A stretch of DNA of 47,277 nucleotides, the filler included, from Jimgerdemannia flammicorona (taxonomy: Eukaryota): NCBI GenBank assembly GCA_003990765.1. It is 2 parts of 2 records of this genome, joined end to end, with 100 filler letters (N's around TTAATTAATTAA, not from the genome) between each part and the next. Parts side by side here need not be neighbours in the genome. Positions count along the whole stretch, not along the records: positions 1 to 23,592 come from RBNJ01001090.1; 1 more part is not named here. One strand, given 5' to 3'. Under the pieces are notes generated by a model, which was not told where the DNA came from, did not search any database, and saw only the letters and a list, made by a program, of their open reading frames with translations. A program made the translations under genes and the position numbers. Below are positions 1 through 13,800 of the stretch, one piece after another. Every line of letters begins with the position of its first letter. Position 1 is the stretch's first letter.

Positions 1-30
1 TGTTTTTTTTTTTTTTTTTTTTTTTTTTTT

Positions 31-126
31 CCTTAATCCTTCTCCGATCTCGTACAGCTTCTCTTCGACGATCGTGCCACTACTCAATCTCCATGGGCAT
101 TCGGCTGTAGGCGACCTTGATGACAT
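31..126 (-). CDS. 5' end of a divergently transcribed hypothetical protein (partial, runs into the poly-T at the window edge)
   Basis: Minus-strand ATG at 126 gives MSSRSPTAECPWRLSSGTIVEEKLYEIGEGLR. From memory, W-x-L-x-SG-x-x-VE-x-x-LY resembles a motif in Mucoromycota hypothetical proteins (unverified). It is preceded by a clean minus-strand GTGAGT...TTGAC...TAG intron (197-149), which would lie in the 5' UTR. Confidence 0.4.
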
Positions 127-365
127 TGGTCAATGCGAATGAAAGCACCTACAGGGAATAAATAAAAGCACTGTCAACTTCTCAAATGATGACTCACTTT
201 CTCCGCAGCAGGAGGATCTTTGCGCTAAATGGCTGGTGTGACGTTCCGTATTCACGTGATTTAAAAGTCACAAAATCGAATATAGGCGACGTGTCTGTAT
301 AATTACTTCCATATACTTTCGCAAGACCAAGTAACGTTTTCCGTAAACCGTTGCTTTCACTTACA
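127..365. promoter_or_regulatory. Putative compact bidirectional promoter (left-edge gene / DNA-PKcs)
   Basis: Only ~240 bp separate the head-to-head ATGs (126 and 366). Contains the palindrome TCACGTGA (~252-259). Inferred from geometry only. Confidence 0.3.
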
Positions 366-3300
366 ATGTCTAGCCTTGACAATCTGCGAAAGTACCTCCA
401 AGAACTTGGGGATCACGCGACCGGTGTTACAGAGACCGGCTCCACCATTTCCTTCGTGGACACAAAAGCCCTCTCTCAGGATGTCGTCTATCTAGTTAAC
501 TCTGACATTCAAGATAAGGATTTAGGCACGTATAATCGTCCATTCCGATTGTATTTCATTAGTTTTTGCTATGCTCATGATTCTCGACGAACATCATTAG
601 ACTATGCATCTTCGCTTTTGTTCGATTCCGACCGAGGCATTTTGCGCTTTCTCCTCTCCACCAAGAGCAAGTCGGAGCACATCGGCGCTAAATGCACTTT
701 CCTCGAGTTCCTTGCGAGATATATTGAGCGTGTGAAGACTGGCATTCAGCCATACGCCGTTGATATAAAGGTTAGCAATGTGGTGAAAAGGGTTAAATTT
801 ATATTATGCACATCAATTGACGTCTCTTTTTGTATTCCAAACTCTTCAAGAACGCATGCGTCACGCTCTTCACCTCCGACCTGTCCAACAAGGTCAAGCA
901 TGCCACATTCGATCCAATGATCGCGTTACTGGATACATGTGCCCATAATCTAGATGCTGATAAACTGGATGTTAAGAATCTGTTTGAAAAGTGTGCACAC
1001 AGGGTTTCATTGTTATTGAATCGGGTTTCTTCTTTTTGGCATTCAGTGCGTGTTTACAATACGTAGGCCCTAATATCGATAACCTTTTCAAATAGATACT
1101 TCAAAGACTACGCAACAATGCAATCCAAACTTTCTGCTGGAGGTAAAGTCAGTCACATTTTTTGCGCTGGGAGTACGATTGTGTCTTTTCTGTGCACGTG
1201 CCATTTTTTGCGAGTTCTAAATGCTTAAAAACCTTGCCACACATAGTAAAATCAAGCATTCTCCAGCTCCTTGGCATTATCACCCGATATTACTCGCAAT
1301 ACACCTCTGCCCTGGCCGCCCAGCTGCTTCGTTTCTTCGTGACAACAATGGAACACCAATTATTCAAGGCCAAAAACGCGGATGCCTTTATCTTGGCCGG
1401 CGCGTTTAGAGGATTGGATTCGTTTTTGTTTTCAGAGCGGAAGAAGCTTGAGGCCAGTGAGTATTCTGTCCGAATTCAATTGGCGATGGTTGCCATACAT
1501 TACACAGATTACTACAATTTCTGATTATGGAATTATGGATGGTCTTTGGTATGTGTATGTTAGGCATGAAGGATCTGCGAACAGTATACTCTTGCATCAA
1601 AATCGTCATAGACCTTCCCGAAGACCTCGTGCGATATGATGTTCCCAGAGGTAAGATGCCCGCCAAACTCGGGTTTGTCACTTACAACGTGTTTCTTTTC
1701 CTTCTCATCTCCACGACTTTATTAATTACCAACACCTACAGCTGGTCTTCAACTTATCATCAATCACCTCGACATCTTTCGACCATATCTTCTCGAGGAT
1801 GTGCGATCCATTTACATCAACCTACGCGCGCTATGCGACCATAAAAACGATGATATGTCGAAGCTAGCATACAAGGCGTTAGAGAGTTTCTTGAAGGAGG
1901 CAAGTGACCAAATTTACTCGGTACCATGACATCTGAATCCCGATAGACATATGTCGGGAATCGTTTCGTAAACTGATCATATCGAATCATGGCAACGTGG
2001 ATACAGATGGGCAGTCTCTTGGCTTCGCAAGTTGGCGGACCGAAAGAACTCGATTGCTTCTGGGTGAGTGAATTCCATGCTTGCGATTGACAACAACGCT
2101 TATTTGCAGATGATGCACGATTAACACAATAAACTTCTCTTATCACAGTTCTTCATGACCCAGTTTGCCAACGCCCTCAAGGCTGACAAAATTGAGGTTC
2201 GCGATCTCTCGATTGCCATCCGTGGATATGGTTACTTTGCAGCACCGTGCAAAAAATACATGAACGAAGAGCAGTTGCAAACTCTGTTAAGTCATCTCCT
2301 CAAGAAAAGCGCCTGGTTTTATTCAGAGTAAGTGATTGTCGGCTTAATAGCTGAATTCGTTTGATAGGTGTGTTGCATACGTGTAGATCGCCTATCTTGT
2401 TTCTGATATTCCTTGTCGTTAATATATCGTTAATATATCGTATAGTACAAACGACGACCTAGAAGGCGTGCTCACCCACATTGCCTCGTTCATTCAAGCG
2501 TACACTTATATCGCGCGCGAGTACGATGTTATCCCTGACTCCCTTATGTCCACACTCGAGCAAACTGTTAGCACCATGCTTGTTCAGTACCCACGCATGC
2601 GTGCTTACGTTCGCCTTGCCAACGTAATCGCATTCCAAGCGTTGTTGTGGATGCTGTTTGAGAATGGTGTGGGAGTTTTGAGGAGATTTTTGAGTTCGAC
2701 GGGTGAGTTGGCTTGATTGTATTCGATTTATTGGAGGTTGTTCGTTTGACGGAAGTATACATGCTCGCTTCTAGTTTTTCAGGTGGTATTATAAGTCTGT
2801 TCAGAAACACTAATATTGTTTCGCTGCTACATAACGACAGTATATCAAGCTCTAATCCTTACGTGTTCCGACGCGCTTAAAGCAACCGAAGAGGTTGAAT
2901 CGGGGCAACATGCTTCAAGCGAGGTTGATGAAATGGCAGATCACGTTTACATGGATTTCTTTTTTTTCTGGGAAAACATCTTCAAAATGCCGCAACTTAA
3001 ATCGAGGAAGACGATTCTAAAATCTACCGAGCAAGAATTCTTTGCAATTATCTATGACGAGCTCATGGCGAGCGTTCTACGTCTCGCTCGCACGCTCAAT
3101 TTTGCGACGCAAGACTTGAAGGAAGATAGCGAGGGAACCAATCTTGCTGTGACGGCTACCGTACCTTTGACCGGTGATGTTGCCACCCTTGTGCCTGTCG
3201 TGGTAAAGGATTTCCTGTTGTTCCAAAATTTAGTCGATTTTTGGGCACTTTTTCTGCCGCGCGTGCAGCCATTGCTTTTCACCCGGTGGGTCTATCTAGT

Positions 3301-5384
3301 AGGTGAGGGTCTGGTGGAATTATCCACGAGATATCCGCTTGTGAGCGGCTTTTATAAGATGTGTGGCACGTGTTTAGGCGTGTGCCAGGAGATTGGGATT
3401 TTCAATGGGGTTCGCAAATGGAGCAGAGTTCAAGAGGAAGGAAGTGAGGTGAGCAGAAAGACGTAGATATTGTTTAATTGATCGGGACACACGAAGTGGT
3501 CGATGGTTTGCTATACAAACATCAATCTGATCACAACGTTTTTACAATTTATGTTGGGTAGACTTTAGAAGAGCAGCTAAACCCGGAAGCGACACCTGTC
3601 CAACGATCAAGCTATCTCCTCTACGTCAAATACCTCCGTGAGGTCTTTGCGCGTCTCGTGCAGTACAAGGACGATCTGCTAGCCTCATGCCTCCGCCTCG
3701 TCCTGTCAGCACCACGAGAATTGACCCACGTCCCAGACCTTGTTTCCCCCATGCAAATTGCCCTGCGACTCGGGCTTAGCTATCATCCGCTAGCGACAAT
3801 TGCTCTTGATGCAACGGAGCTCTGGATTGCAGCTCTCTCACCAGCGGAGAACCGGAGATGGATAGGCTGCGTCTTACCGTTCCTGAATGAATACTTGATG
3901 GTCGACGTGGAAGCAGGATTGGACAATGACAATGAATCTGCACAGATGCAAGCAGCTGGCCAGAAGGGGAAGGGAAGAGTCAGCTCAAACATGAAGGCAA
4001 AGGATATTGGGAGCAAAAAACCGAAGGTGTTAACGGCTACGTTGTTGGGGGTAAGTCCTAACTTCACTTCCCAGATTTCGTGCCACAGATGTGTCTTAGT
4101 AATTATTTCTGCTCTTCAACGTGGCTGTAGCTTGCCCATGAAGATGTAGTGGGCTTGCATGATTTGCAGATTAGGATTCTACGATTACTAGGACGACTGG
4201 GCGGTGATAATAAGCTATTGCTTGAGGAACAGCGCAATCAGCCTGGTCGTGATATGGACGTTAATGACAGTGGACACTCAGTACCTACGCCACGGGATCC
4301 CCTTGCCTGGGATCCTGAAAAGAGAATCCGGTTTAAGCTTTCATATTCTGGATTGAAAATCGAAATTGTTTTAGGTAAGGATCTACGTTCATGTGTCCGA
4401 ACTACCAAAAATATATCTTGCTGACAATTTGACGAATCCTTACCCCAGATGATTTCCTGCCACGTATCACGGAGCTTGCTGAGTCCTCCCTCGATCGCAA
4501 GACAAAGGTAGCCGCGTGCGAGCTACTTCACGCCCTGGTCTTATTCATGATAGGCAACAGCGCGTTCCGTGCACGCAACACAAAGGAACCCGTCAAATCG
4601 CCGTACCATCGCCTCTACTTGCACATATTCCCCTTCCTGTTGCGCCTCGCTATTGACGTTGATCAGGTAGCGCGCCGTTTATTCCGTCCGCTCGTTGCCC
4701 AGCTTATTCATTGGCTCACCAACAATGCTCAGTACGAAAATCCGGAGACCGTTGCGCTCTTGAACTCGTGTGTCGCTGCCGTGTGCGGCACATGGGGCCC
4801 TCTAAGGGATTATGGTGCAGAGTGTTTAGCGGAGTTCGTTAAGTGGTCCATCAAGCAGTCCAGTGGAAAGGTAATTTTGTTAATTTTACAAGAATTTCCT
4901 TAACATCCAAATTGTAAGTTCTCACCGATTTATCCTGCTTTCCTTCGGTCATCTAGCAACAAGAATTGAATCCGATGAACATGAAATCATTGTTGAAGAG
5001 ATTGTACACGCTAGCGTCTCATCCAAGTTCCGCCAAGCGGCTCGGTGCCTCGCTGGCTGTCAATCGCATTTACAGGATCTTTCGCGAAGAAGAACCTCTG
5101 ATAGATCAGTTCACTTTCGAGCTGTTATACTGGGTGCTGTTCAGCTTACGCTTGGCTAATGAAGATCATGAGGCTTTGGGTATGTTCTAGGCCTTTACAT
5201 ATGCGCGCGCATGCATTTATTTTCTTTGCTTTCTCTTTTGAGCATACAACAAGAAGACCATGAGCTAAATTCATGTGGTTGGCCTAAAAAAAAAAAAAAA
5301 AAAAAAAAAAAACGATACATTTATAAAAAATAAGAGAAAGGATAGATACGAGAGCGCGATTAAAAAAAAAAAAAAAAAATATAG

Positions 5385-5429
<45 letters not shown>

Positions 5430-8400
5430 AGGTACCCTACAGCAAGCCACTATTGCTGTCCGTCACCTTCAACGTATCATAACCGTTAAGTTTCAGGTGT
5501 TCCTCAAAGAATCTAAAATACGCCGCAAATTTCCTGGACTTGAACGGGCCGATTTGGAGTGCCTGGTAGACTGGTTATTCAAGGAGACGGGAAGATTGGA
5601 ACTAGATTATTCACGATTGTGCAAAGAACTCTTCGAGCATTTGGTAGTCTTACTACCCGGTAAGTGCAAATATTTATTCTAACCAGTCAAACGCCCTATT
5701 GTTACATGCTCAATGGTTGTTACGACTCCATTCGGACTCCTACAGATTATCCGAGTCCTGCGCGCTGGGTTAAGACCAAACTCATGACGTCGAACGATCT
5801 TCTTGTTACATTGTACGATGCGAAGAGGCCAGATTATGCATCCATTCCTAGTCAAAGTGCACCACCTGACCATGTCCGTTTGTGGACCGACCAACTCATC
5901 TGTGCTATCGAAGGCTACACTTGGCTCATCTCTAAGCAGATCGTCTCTCCTAATGTTGTTCTAAATCACGTTGAATCGAATTTCGTTAGCTCAATTACGC
6001 ATTTTATGAATAATCAGGCATTGGAAGGGATCGCCGATCTGGATGAGCGGAAGCTAAAGATTGACTTACCAGCAGATAATGACGTTATAACACCGATGGA
6101 GAAAACGACTATTGCACACAAGAGAATCTATGTCGTGAAGCGAATCATCGCGTTTGTCAATGCTGCTCTATCTAGCTCAGACGACGGCTCCTCGATTGCA
6201 CAGCTGCTGGATAGTGCAGGTTTCTTTAGTCCAATGTTCTTCAAGCTTTTGGGCACGTGCCTCTTTTTGCCTGCCGCAATGGGTATAAATCAAATTGAAA
6301 GTAGTAAGGACGCGGCTGGGAAGACCGACGAGAAGTTCCTGGATTTATTGGAGACATTTTTAAAAGGGTTCAAGCGGGTGGTGCCAAAGGACATGGAAAA
6401 CAGAATGGGACGTGGCCTTGCAGATGTCGCATTCAAGTCAACCACAGATTTGGCGCAAATCAGGAAAGAAAGTGGTAGGCGTAATCTTATGAATGGACTG
6501 CAGTATGGCCGCCGTGTTGTTTTATTTTATTTTCTTGCAATTTTACTTATCTAACGGATTGAAAATGGCAGGTTTTGATCTGACACGAGGGATTTCGACT
6601 GCTCTTGGAATGAAGATGTTGCAGTCAACGGGGTTGATACATATTTTGTTTGAAGGCGAAGAGTCGGACGAGAGGAGCTATCCATCTTTGTCAACCTACC
6701 TCGTAACATTATTTGATCGGTTTCTTGAGCTGCATGAGGTCGCAGATCCTTTGTGGATCGAGATGGCAGGCAATCTTTTGGAACTCGCCTTGGCCGACGA
6801 AACGGTGAATGAACGACTGTTTACTGAACTATTGGTAAGTGACCAATGTTAGTTCTTCACATGGCTGTCCAAAGCATCTACGTTTCCCCAAGATACATAC
6901 CAATCGTTTTGCATGTATTCTCGTCATCATTTTTACATCGTCGCGCAGGGCATTCCTGGTGATGTCAATAAACCATCTTATTCTACGGCCAATGCTGTAT
7001 ATCGGAAGTTTGGAAAATATGTAAGAACCACTCTCGGTATATTCAAAAACTGCTTCTGTAAGGAGATATGAAGTTACCACTGTCAGTATGGCTGAAGGAA
7101 ATCCGATCTTTGATTGCATAGATAAACAACCACTTTGCTCAGAATTTCAAAGCAAACATCTCGATATTGGTGCCTTACTTGCACTATCCGATCGTGAAGG
7201 ACGTCATTGTCGGCCTGCTAGATTATCTACTAGCTCATCGAAACATGAAGTGTCAAATAGCTCGCTTAATGGATGATGTAAGAATCTATGGTAATCACAA
7301 CACGCCACGCGAGAAAAGGGGGGTGGGGTTTCCAGAGTTGGAATAATAATGCTGGAATTTTTTCACCGTTTTTCCGAATCACAGCTCACCTCCGATTCAA
7401 AATTCTTAGCATCCATGTACGGTATTCAGTATATGGACCTCAAGGCGCATATGAAGCCTCACATTCTTTACGGAGTATGAGCTAATTTCGAGGGGGTTTT
7501 TTTTATCCATATTAGAAGAGATGCATATGATAATGACCTCGATCGTGGCCTTCTTTTGCGACTTTGGAAGAACATTGTGAACCTCGATACAAACTTGCTT
7601 CGCAATACCCAATCAACCGATTTCCATGATGACTTCTGCGACATTTACGCCTCTCTATTAGTCAAAGACGAAAGAGACATTCCGCTCAGCTTCAAAAACG
7701 AAGTTATGAATATTTTGCCGGGTTTCTTGGGTGTAGAAGGTCCACACTTGAAGCAGGTAAAGCGTATCTTCGACTTTTGTTTTAATTCGGAAAATAATTG
7801 CACTGAATAATTCATGTCTCCTGGTATATACAACTATATATAGATTGAGAAGGCTTTGAACGATATGGTGACTTACCAATTCCCGATGCTTTCAAAAGAT
7901 TTGGTCATAGGAACCGCACAGTATCCTATCTAGAATGGCACACGAAATCACAGTTGGTCTCATTGTCGCTTGTCTGCAGGCCAATCCCTCTGTATTGGAT
8001 AAATCCTTAACCCATTGAACCACATTTACAGATACAGCGATTACATTACTGCGCTCCAAAATCTTATACAGACAATGGTCAACGCCACTTCTGCCCTAGT
8101 ATTCGGGGTTCTGACTAAGGTGGTGATACGAGAACAGGACCATGTTTATGGTCCCCAGATTCAGGATGGAATTTCCCAGTTTGCCACTAAATTATCGCTA
8201 CTGAAATTTGAAGAAGTTACTGAAACTTGCTTCGGGTATGTTTGATAAGGTTGCTAGTTTTCTGAAAATGTATTTTCAGGTACCAGTGTTTCTAACATCG
8301 TCTTGTTGTTTATCCAGTTACTTTTTCAGTAGCAATTTTGATATTGCATTGCGACATAATGCTGTCCAGTTGTTGCTTGTTCCGATGCTAACCCTGGTTC

Positions 8401-8549
8401 CAAATACCTACGTTCTCGAGTTTTTCAAACGGCACATTGTCGAAGTCATGAACTTGTTGAAGCAACCGCCTTTACGACGCGGAACGGATGATGAGATTAA
8501 ACAAGATCTTATTGAACGAACCAGTTGCTTTAATTTAGTACAAATATCC

Positions 8550-8587
<38 letters not shown>

Positions 8588-10787
8588 TTCATTCCGTTAA
8601 CTTTTGCGAGTCATTAAATTCTATTTATGTATATTACAATGACTTCCTTAACAATTCTTCACGTCTTGTATGAGCGTCTTCCAGCAGACGACCTTCACGG
8701 AGCAAAAAACATTCTCAGCACGGTGTGGGAACAGGCAGAGGAGACATCGAGCGGGAAGAAAACGGTACCAAATCTTGTTGGCAAGAAATTAACGATAGAC
8801 ATCACACGTATAGGACACGATTCCAAATCCCAAAAGGTTGCATCGAGGCTGTTGCTTGCTTCGACCGTTATTAGCCTTATTTAACCAGCGGAATAAGCTA
8901 ATGTTTTATTTTTTTATTGTATTTTTTATTTTTTATTTTTTATTTTTTATTTTTTATTTTTTATTTTTTATTTTTTATTTTTTATATTTTTTATTTTTAT
9001 TTTTATTTTAATAATGCGTCTCAGGCTCCACTTGAAGGTTCCGACGTAGCTCGTGTTCGGATGCAGTTCCATCGTTCCACATACAATGCCATATCAGCCG
9101 CGATAATGTGCACTCAGGTCAAGGAAGATTTTTATCGTGGATTTCTGTTTCGGGAAAATGAGTCGCGAGGTGAAGTTCTTTGGGAGAATCTTGTCGATAT
9201 ACAGGTATGAAATTCCTCTCTCGGTCTGTCGACCTGATTTCTGTACATTGCAATCGCAAAACTCACGATTTTCATTATAGGCACGACACAGTTTTGAGGT
9301 TGAGCTAGATCGCCCAATGATGAAGGCACGTCTTGAAGGCCGCCGAACTCAGTCGGGCATGCGTTTCGACACAAGCACTTCGTGAGTTAATATACGTGAA
9401 TTGTCGATTGAAACTTGCGAGAACTCTTTTTAATGTTCAATCTATCAACGGGACAGATCGAAGCCATTGAAATATCTCTCTACTCAATATCTAGCGGACA
9501 GCAGGTAGGGCCAATTGTTATTTATTTATTTGCTGTTTGACATATCTAGTTTTTTTTTTTTTTTGTTTGTTTGTTCCGATGAACCTTATCTTCTCTCGTT
9601 GGCAGTTCTCGAATTGATAAATCTTTTCTTTTCTTCGAAATACGCAAATAACCTAGCATTAGTCAGGTGAGCGGGATTTCAGTAGTTGGTCTAATATATT
9701 GCTGAGTACTGTTTGTACTCACACTGATATGATGTGTAATCTAGAATGTCGCGGTCTTCGCGAACAGTCAGGGGATCACAGAAAGTCCTGAAGTATTTGA
9801 GCAAGGCGCGGTTTTAGCTCACGATGATTCTGAAACAAAAGTTGTGGACATCGATGGCCAAGTCGAAGCAGACGCGTTAAGGTTTGTCATATCGTACGAT
9901 TAATGTGCATATCTGATTGAAATATTGCATGCATTAATTTTCGATGCTATTCCATCTAGGCCGATCGATCTCGAATTGGATGCTTTCAACCGCAATGAAT
10001 GCATGTCGGTTATTATCAAAGTCATTACAAAATTGCACACGATCATAAAGCCCTTACCTGACAAGTCCGGTCTGCCGGCCTGGATGTCTGAATTACAAAA
10101 GAAATTCGCAGCTAGGAGTACGTCGGTTCTCGTAAAACACCTCCTTTCAATATGAGATTCATACATGGTTTGAAGCTAACAATCGGTCTTGCTTTCTTCA
10201 GGTACTCCCCTCAACATTAAATTGTTTTTAGCCAAGATTATCCTCAATTATCCAAAAGCCTTCGAACAATATGCTGCTTTCTGGATACGTCCAATGATAG
10301 AGCTTGTGACTCGTGGACCGGAGTATGGCGAACCGATGAATTACTTTGTTCGGGTAACATTTCTCGCCGGTTTTGTGTGTCCTTTAGGTTGATGAAAATC
10401 CTCGTTCCACCTGTTTTAATCTATGTGATATGATCATTACATTAGGATCTCTGTGTCATCATTGTCACATGGGGAAAGGGAATCGAGCTTGGAATCGGTG
10501 TGGAAGATCGGTCAATGTTACTGAATCTTACGGTAATTGCTAGCGGTTCGGTTGGATTCATTCTTCAGCAAGTGTAACAATACGTTCCCTGACATTGCAC
10601 TGTATGCTGATTCATTAGGACTATTTGATGAGACATGCTTACCACTCGACTCGCAATGTATTGCGCAGTAATCTTGAGATTATCAAAGGACTTTTTGAGA
10701 ACTGGGGTAATTTTATAAGTGTGCCCACTGTAAGTATTATTCCTATTTGGTTTTTAGTTTTCTGTCTCGGTTGCCATTAATGTTGTA

Positions 10788-10840
<53 letters not shown>

Positions 10841-13800
10841 TTTGTTTGTTTGTTTGTTTGTTTGTTTGAAACTTTAGAAAGCCATATTTGATCACTTGAA
10901 GAATCCCTCCAAAGACAACAAAGAAAATATAACGGGGATTCAACTTATCGGCGTTGTCCTGGCGCATAATAAATCGCCATTCAATACTGAGTCTGACTCC
11001 CGCTTGGAGGGCCTTAGGGAGATGGCGTTTTATCAAGCTCTAATCGATAACTTCTCCAACAAGTACAGAGACGTTTATGCGTCGGCAGCGGAGGTAAATA
11101 CAAAATTGAACGTTTTCCGAGGATCAAGGCACAGCAAAGAAATTTTGTCTTTTTCATGAATTCTATTATTATAATTGCATGTGAAACTCTTAGGTCTGCG
11201 GATGGAATCTGAAATACATGCGTGAAAACAGTTGTGTAAACCCCGATTTTGAAAACATGATCGTTGAAAAGGTAAGGATACATCAACGTTGATCGGACGG
11301 TCAATACATCGGTTGGATTTGGCTAATGCTTTCCATATGCTTCTTTAATAGCTCAACATGATGCTTCTCAATCAAGACAAACAGAAGAGCACTGAGAAGT
11401 TTTTGCTATGTTTGCACAAGATACAACTTCATGACTCGGCTTTATGCGACCAATACATAAACCAGATTATGTATCTGTTGCCCCAAGTGGACGGGCCCTT
11501 AAAGGTTTTGGCGCTGGATATCATAGCCTCGTGCGCTGATCGTATTGCTGATCTTTTCCGCTCATTACAAGCCAAGGACCTCTTGAGTCTCCTCCGTCAC
11601 AGGTTCGTCAAATCGTTAGGAGTGTACTTATATTGCGATAAACTTGACTAAATTCTAGCACTTCATTCTGTACATAGAGAGGAATTGGCACAATTAGCCA
11701 CTTTGCGAATCCTTTATATCCTTATGAAGGATTTCAACGAATCCCAGGTTGACCACTTCCTGGATACGCTGGTCGATTCCTTCCGCGATCATCCTAATCT
11801 TAGTTGTCGAGTATCCTTTATCATGCCTCCTAATCAATATGACCCTGACCCAAATTTCCGATTGATAGTATTGAAAAAAAATCCAAATAGGCCCATTCGG
11901 CTGCGACAAATAAGGCTCTGGAATGTGTCCTTAACACTATGAATTTTACAGCAATTATTCTACATGATTTTAATAGGACTGCACGACCGATTCTCTGAAA
12001 CACGTGGCCTTGGCAAGAAATTGAAAATCCAGCTTCTACGCGGTCTTTCGGATAACGCAGAGGACATTCGTAATGTTCTGGGCGATTTTTGGCAAGAGAA
12101 GAGGAGGCTTTCACCAGAAATTTTCGAACGATTGCAACAGTTGATCACGTAAGGAGTTGGTCATTTTATTTTGTATTTTTTATTTCCCTGGTTCAACCAT
12201 TTTGGCTCATTGCCCTTCATTTATTTTCTTTCTATGGTTAGAAATATGTATGAGCCGGAAGTCGAAGACCTATTCTTGAACTACGCCACATACTTATTAT
12301 TCGAACCGACCAAAAAAACTTTCGAATATGACAAACCGATTTTTGATGAATCTCTTCCAAACGCGAAATTCGACAAAGATCATGAGAGGATTGACACGTC
12401 GTGGCATCGTAGCACTGCAATGACTCCATTGTTTATGAACACACAGGATACAGATGATCAGGTTAGTTGAACCCCTATTCTCGCGACACACGCTGATTAG
12501 GAAAGTATTCTCATGAAAATCCAATGTGATTAATATTAGGGAAGATTCGTTGAAAATATCACCGGCGAGGAGGGTTTACGTGCAACCCAAACCTCATTGG
12601 CATTCAGCCTGACGCAAGCTGGGGGTAACTTGAATATGTGAATTTGTGTATGCATGTTCATTCTATTTTATTAACTATATATTAATTGACCATACATTTT
12701 TCTTTTCTTTCCTTTCCTTTTATTTTATTTTATTTTTTATTTTTTGGTGTGGGGGATGTTACAAGGTACCACCGGAGCTTTGTCCCAATTTAGTGGACTT
12801 TCGCAAACTGCATCGACAATGTTTTTCACGACAACACTGCCCCCATCTCATGAAGGAGATTCAAAATATGCTGAAATCTCAAAGTAATGATGAACCCTGA
12901 CTCTGTATGCGCGTATTTTATTTAACTTATCACTAACAAGCCATCTATCTCAGCAGGATATCAAACCGCAGACAAGGTTCTAAATATCTAAGGCTCCGTA
13001 GCAGATTTTTGAAATCCGATACGCCATCATCAGGCGAATTCTATTCACATCTCCAAGAAAAATTGAAAAAAAGAGTGGAAAAATATAAACTTTTGCAACA
13101 ACAAGCGAGAGCTAACAAGGTATCAATGTTTCGTAAATATCGCGTCGGTAGGTATTCGTTTTCCACAGTGGTCAGGTCATGTTTCAGTTCTGTCGTTTGG
13201 ACATCGACATATTTTGACCATCTTGGCTTGATAGGCGAATTACCGGACATTCAAATCAAGCATATGGAACTTATTGGACCTTTGCAAGTACTCTCCCAAA
13301 AAGACGTAGACATATCTCGCATGTTGTTCACCACGATGTTTGTGTCGGTGTTCAACAGTGTTGAGGATAATGTAAACATGGTATGCGCATTTGAAGCATA
13401 TTTTGAGTATGTCAAAGAATGCTGAGCAGCGTAATCTTTGGAGTTTTATCAAGTATTTTTACACCTCTCTTATATTTCATGTTTTATATATGTAGACGGA
13501 GGATGTGGCTGCGGATTACAAAAAATCGTTAACCAACCAGATTCAAGAAATCTTCAGAAAAACGGTGAAATGTTTTTCACCATTCATTGGGAGCTTGTTG
13601 CGCATATGTTATGATATCGACGGTGTACAATTGGATCCGTTAATCATTGGAAGAGCAATCGAGGGAAGTTTGAATCAACAAATAGGCATATGCGTACTCG
13701 AGAGACAAATTCATCGTTCAGTCCCAGAAGAACGAGGTAATTTTTTCCCAGCCTATCATCCTTTTTCTCCCCCCCTTCTTTCTTAGCTATGTTCAATTAT

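Noticed and set aside
5286..5429. Long poly-A runs (also 8561-8586 and 22874-22894; poly-T at 3-30 and 10791-10839) as retroposon tails
   Set aside because: They are intronic homopolymers with no TSD or element body, likely low-complexity sequence or assembly noise.
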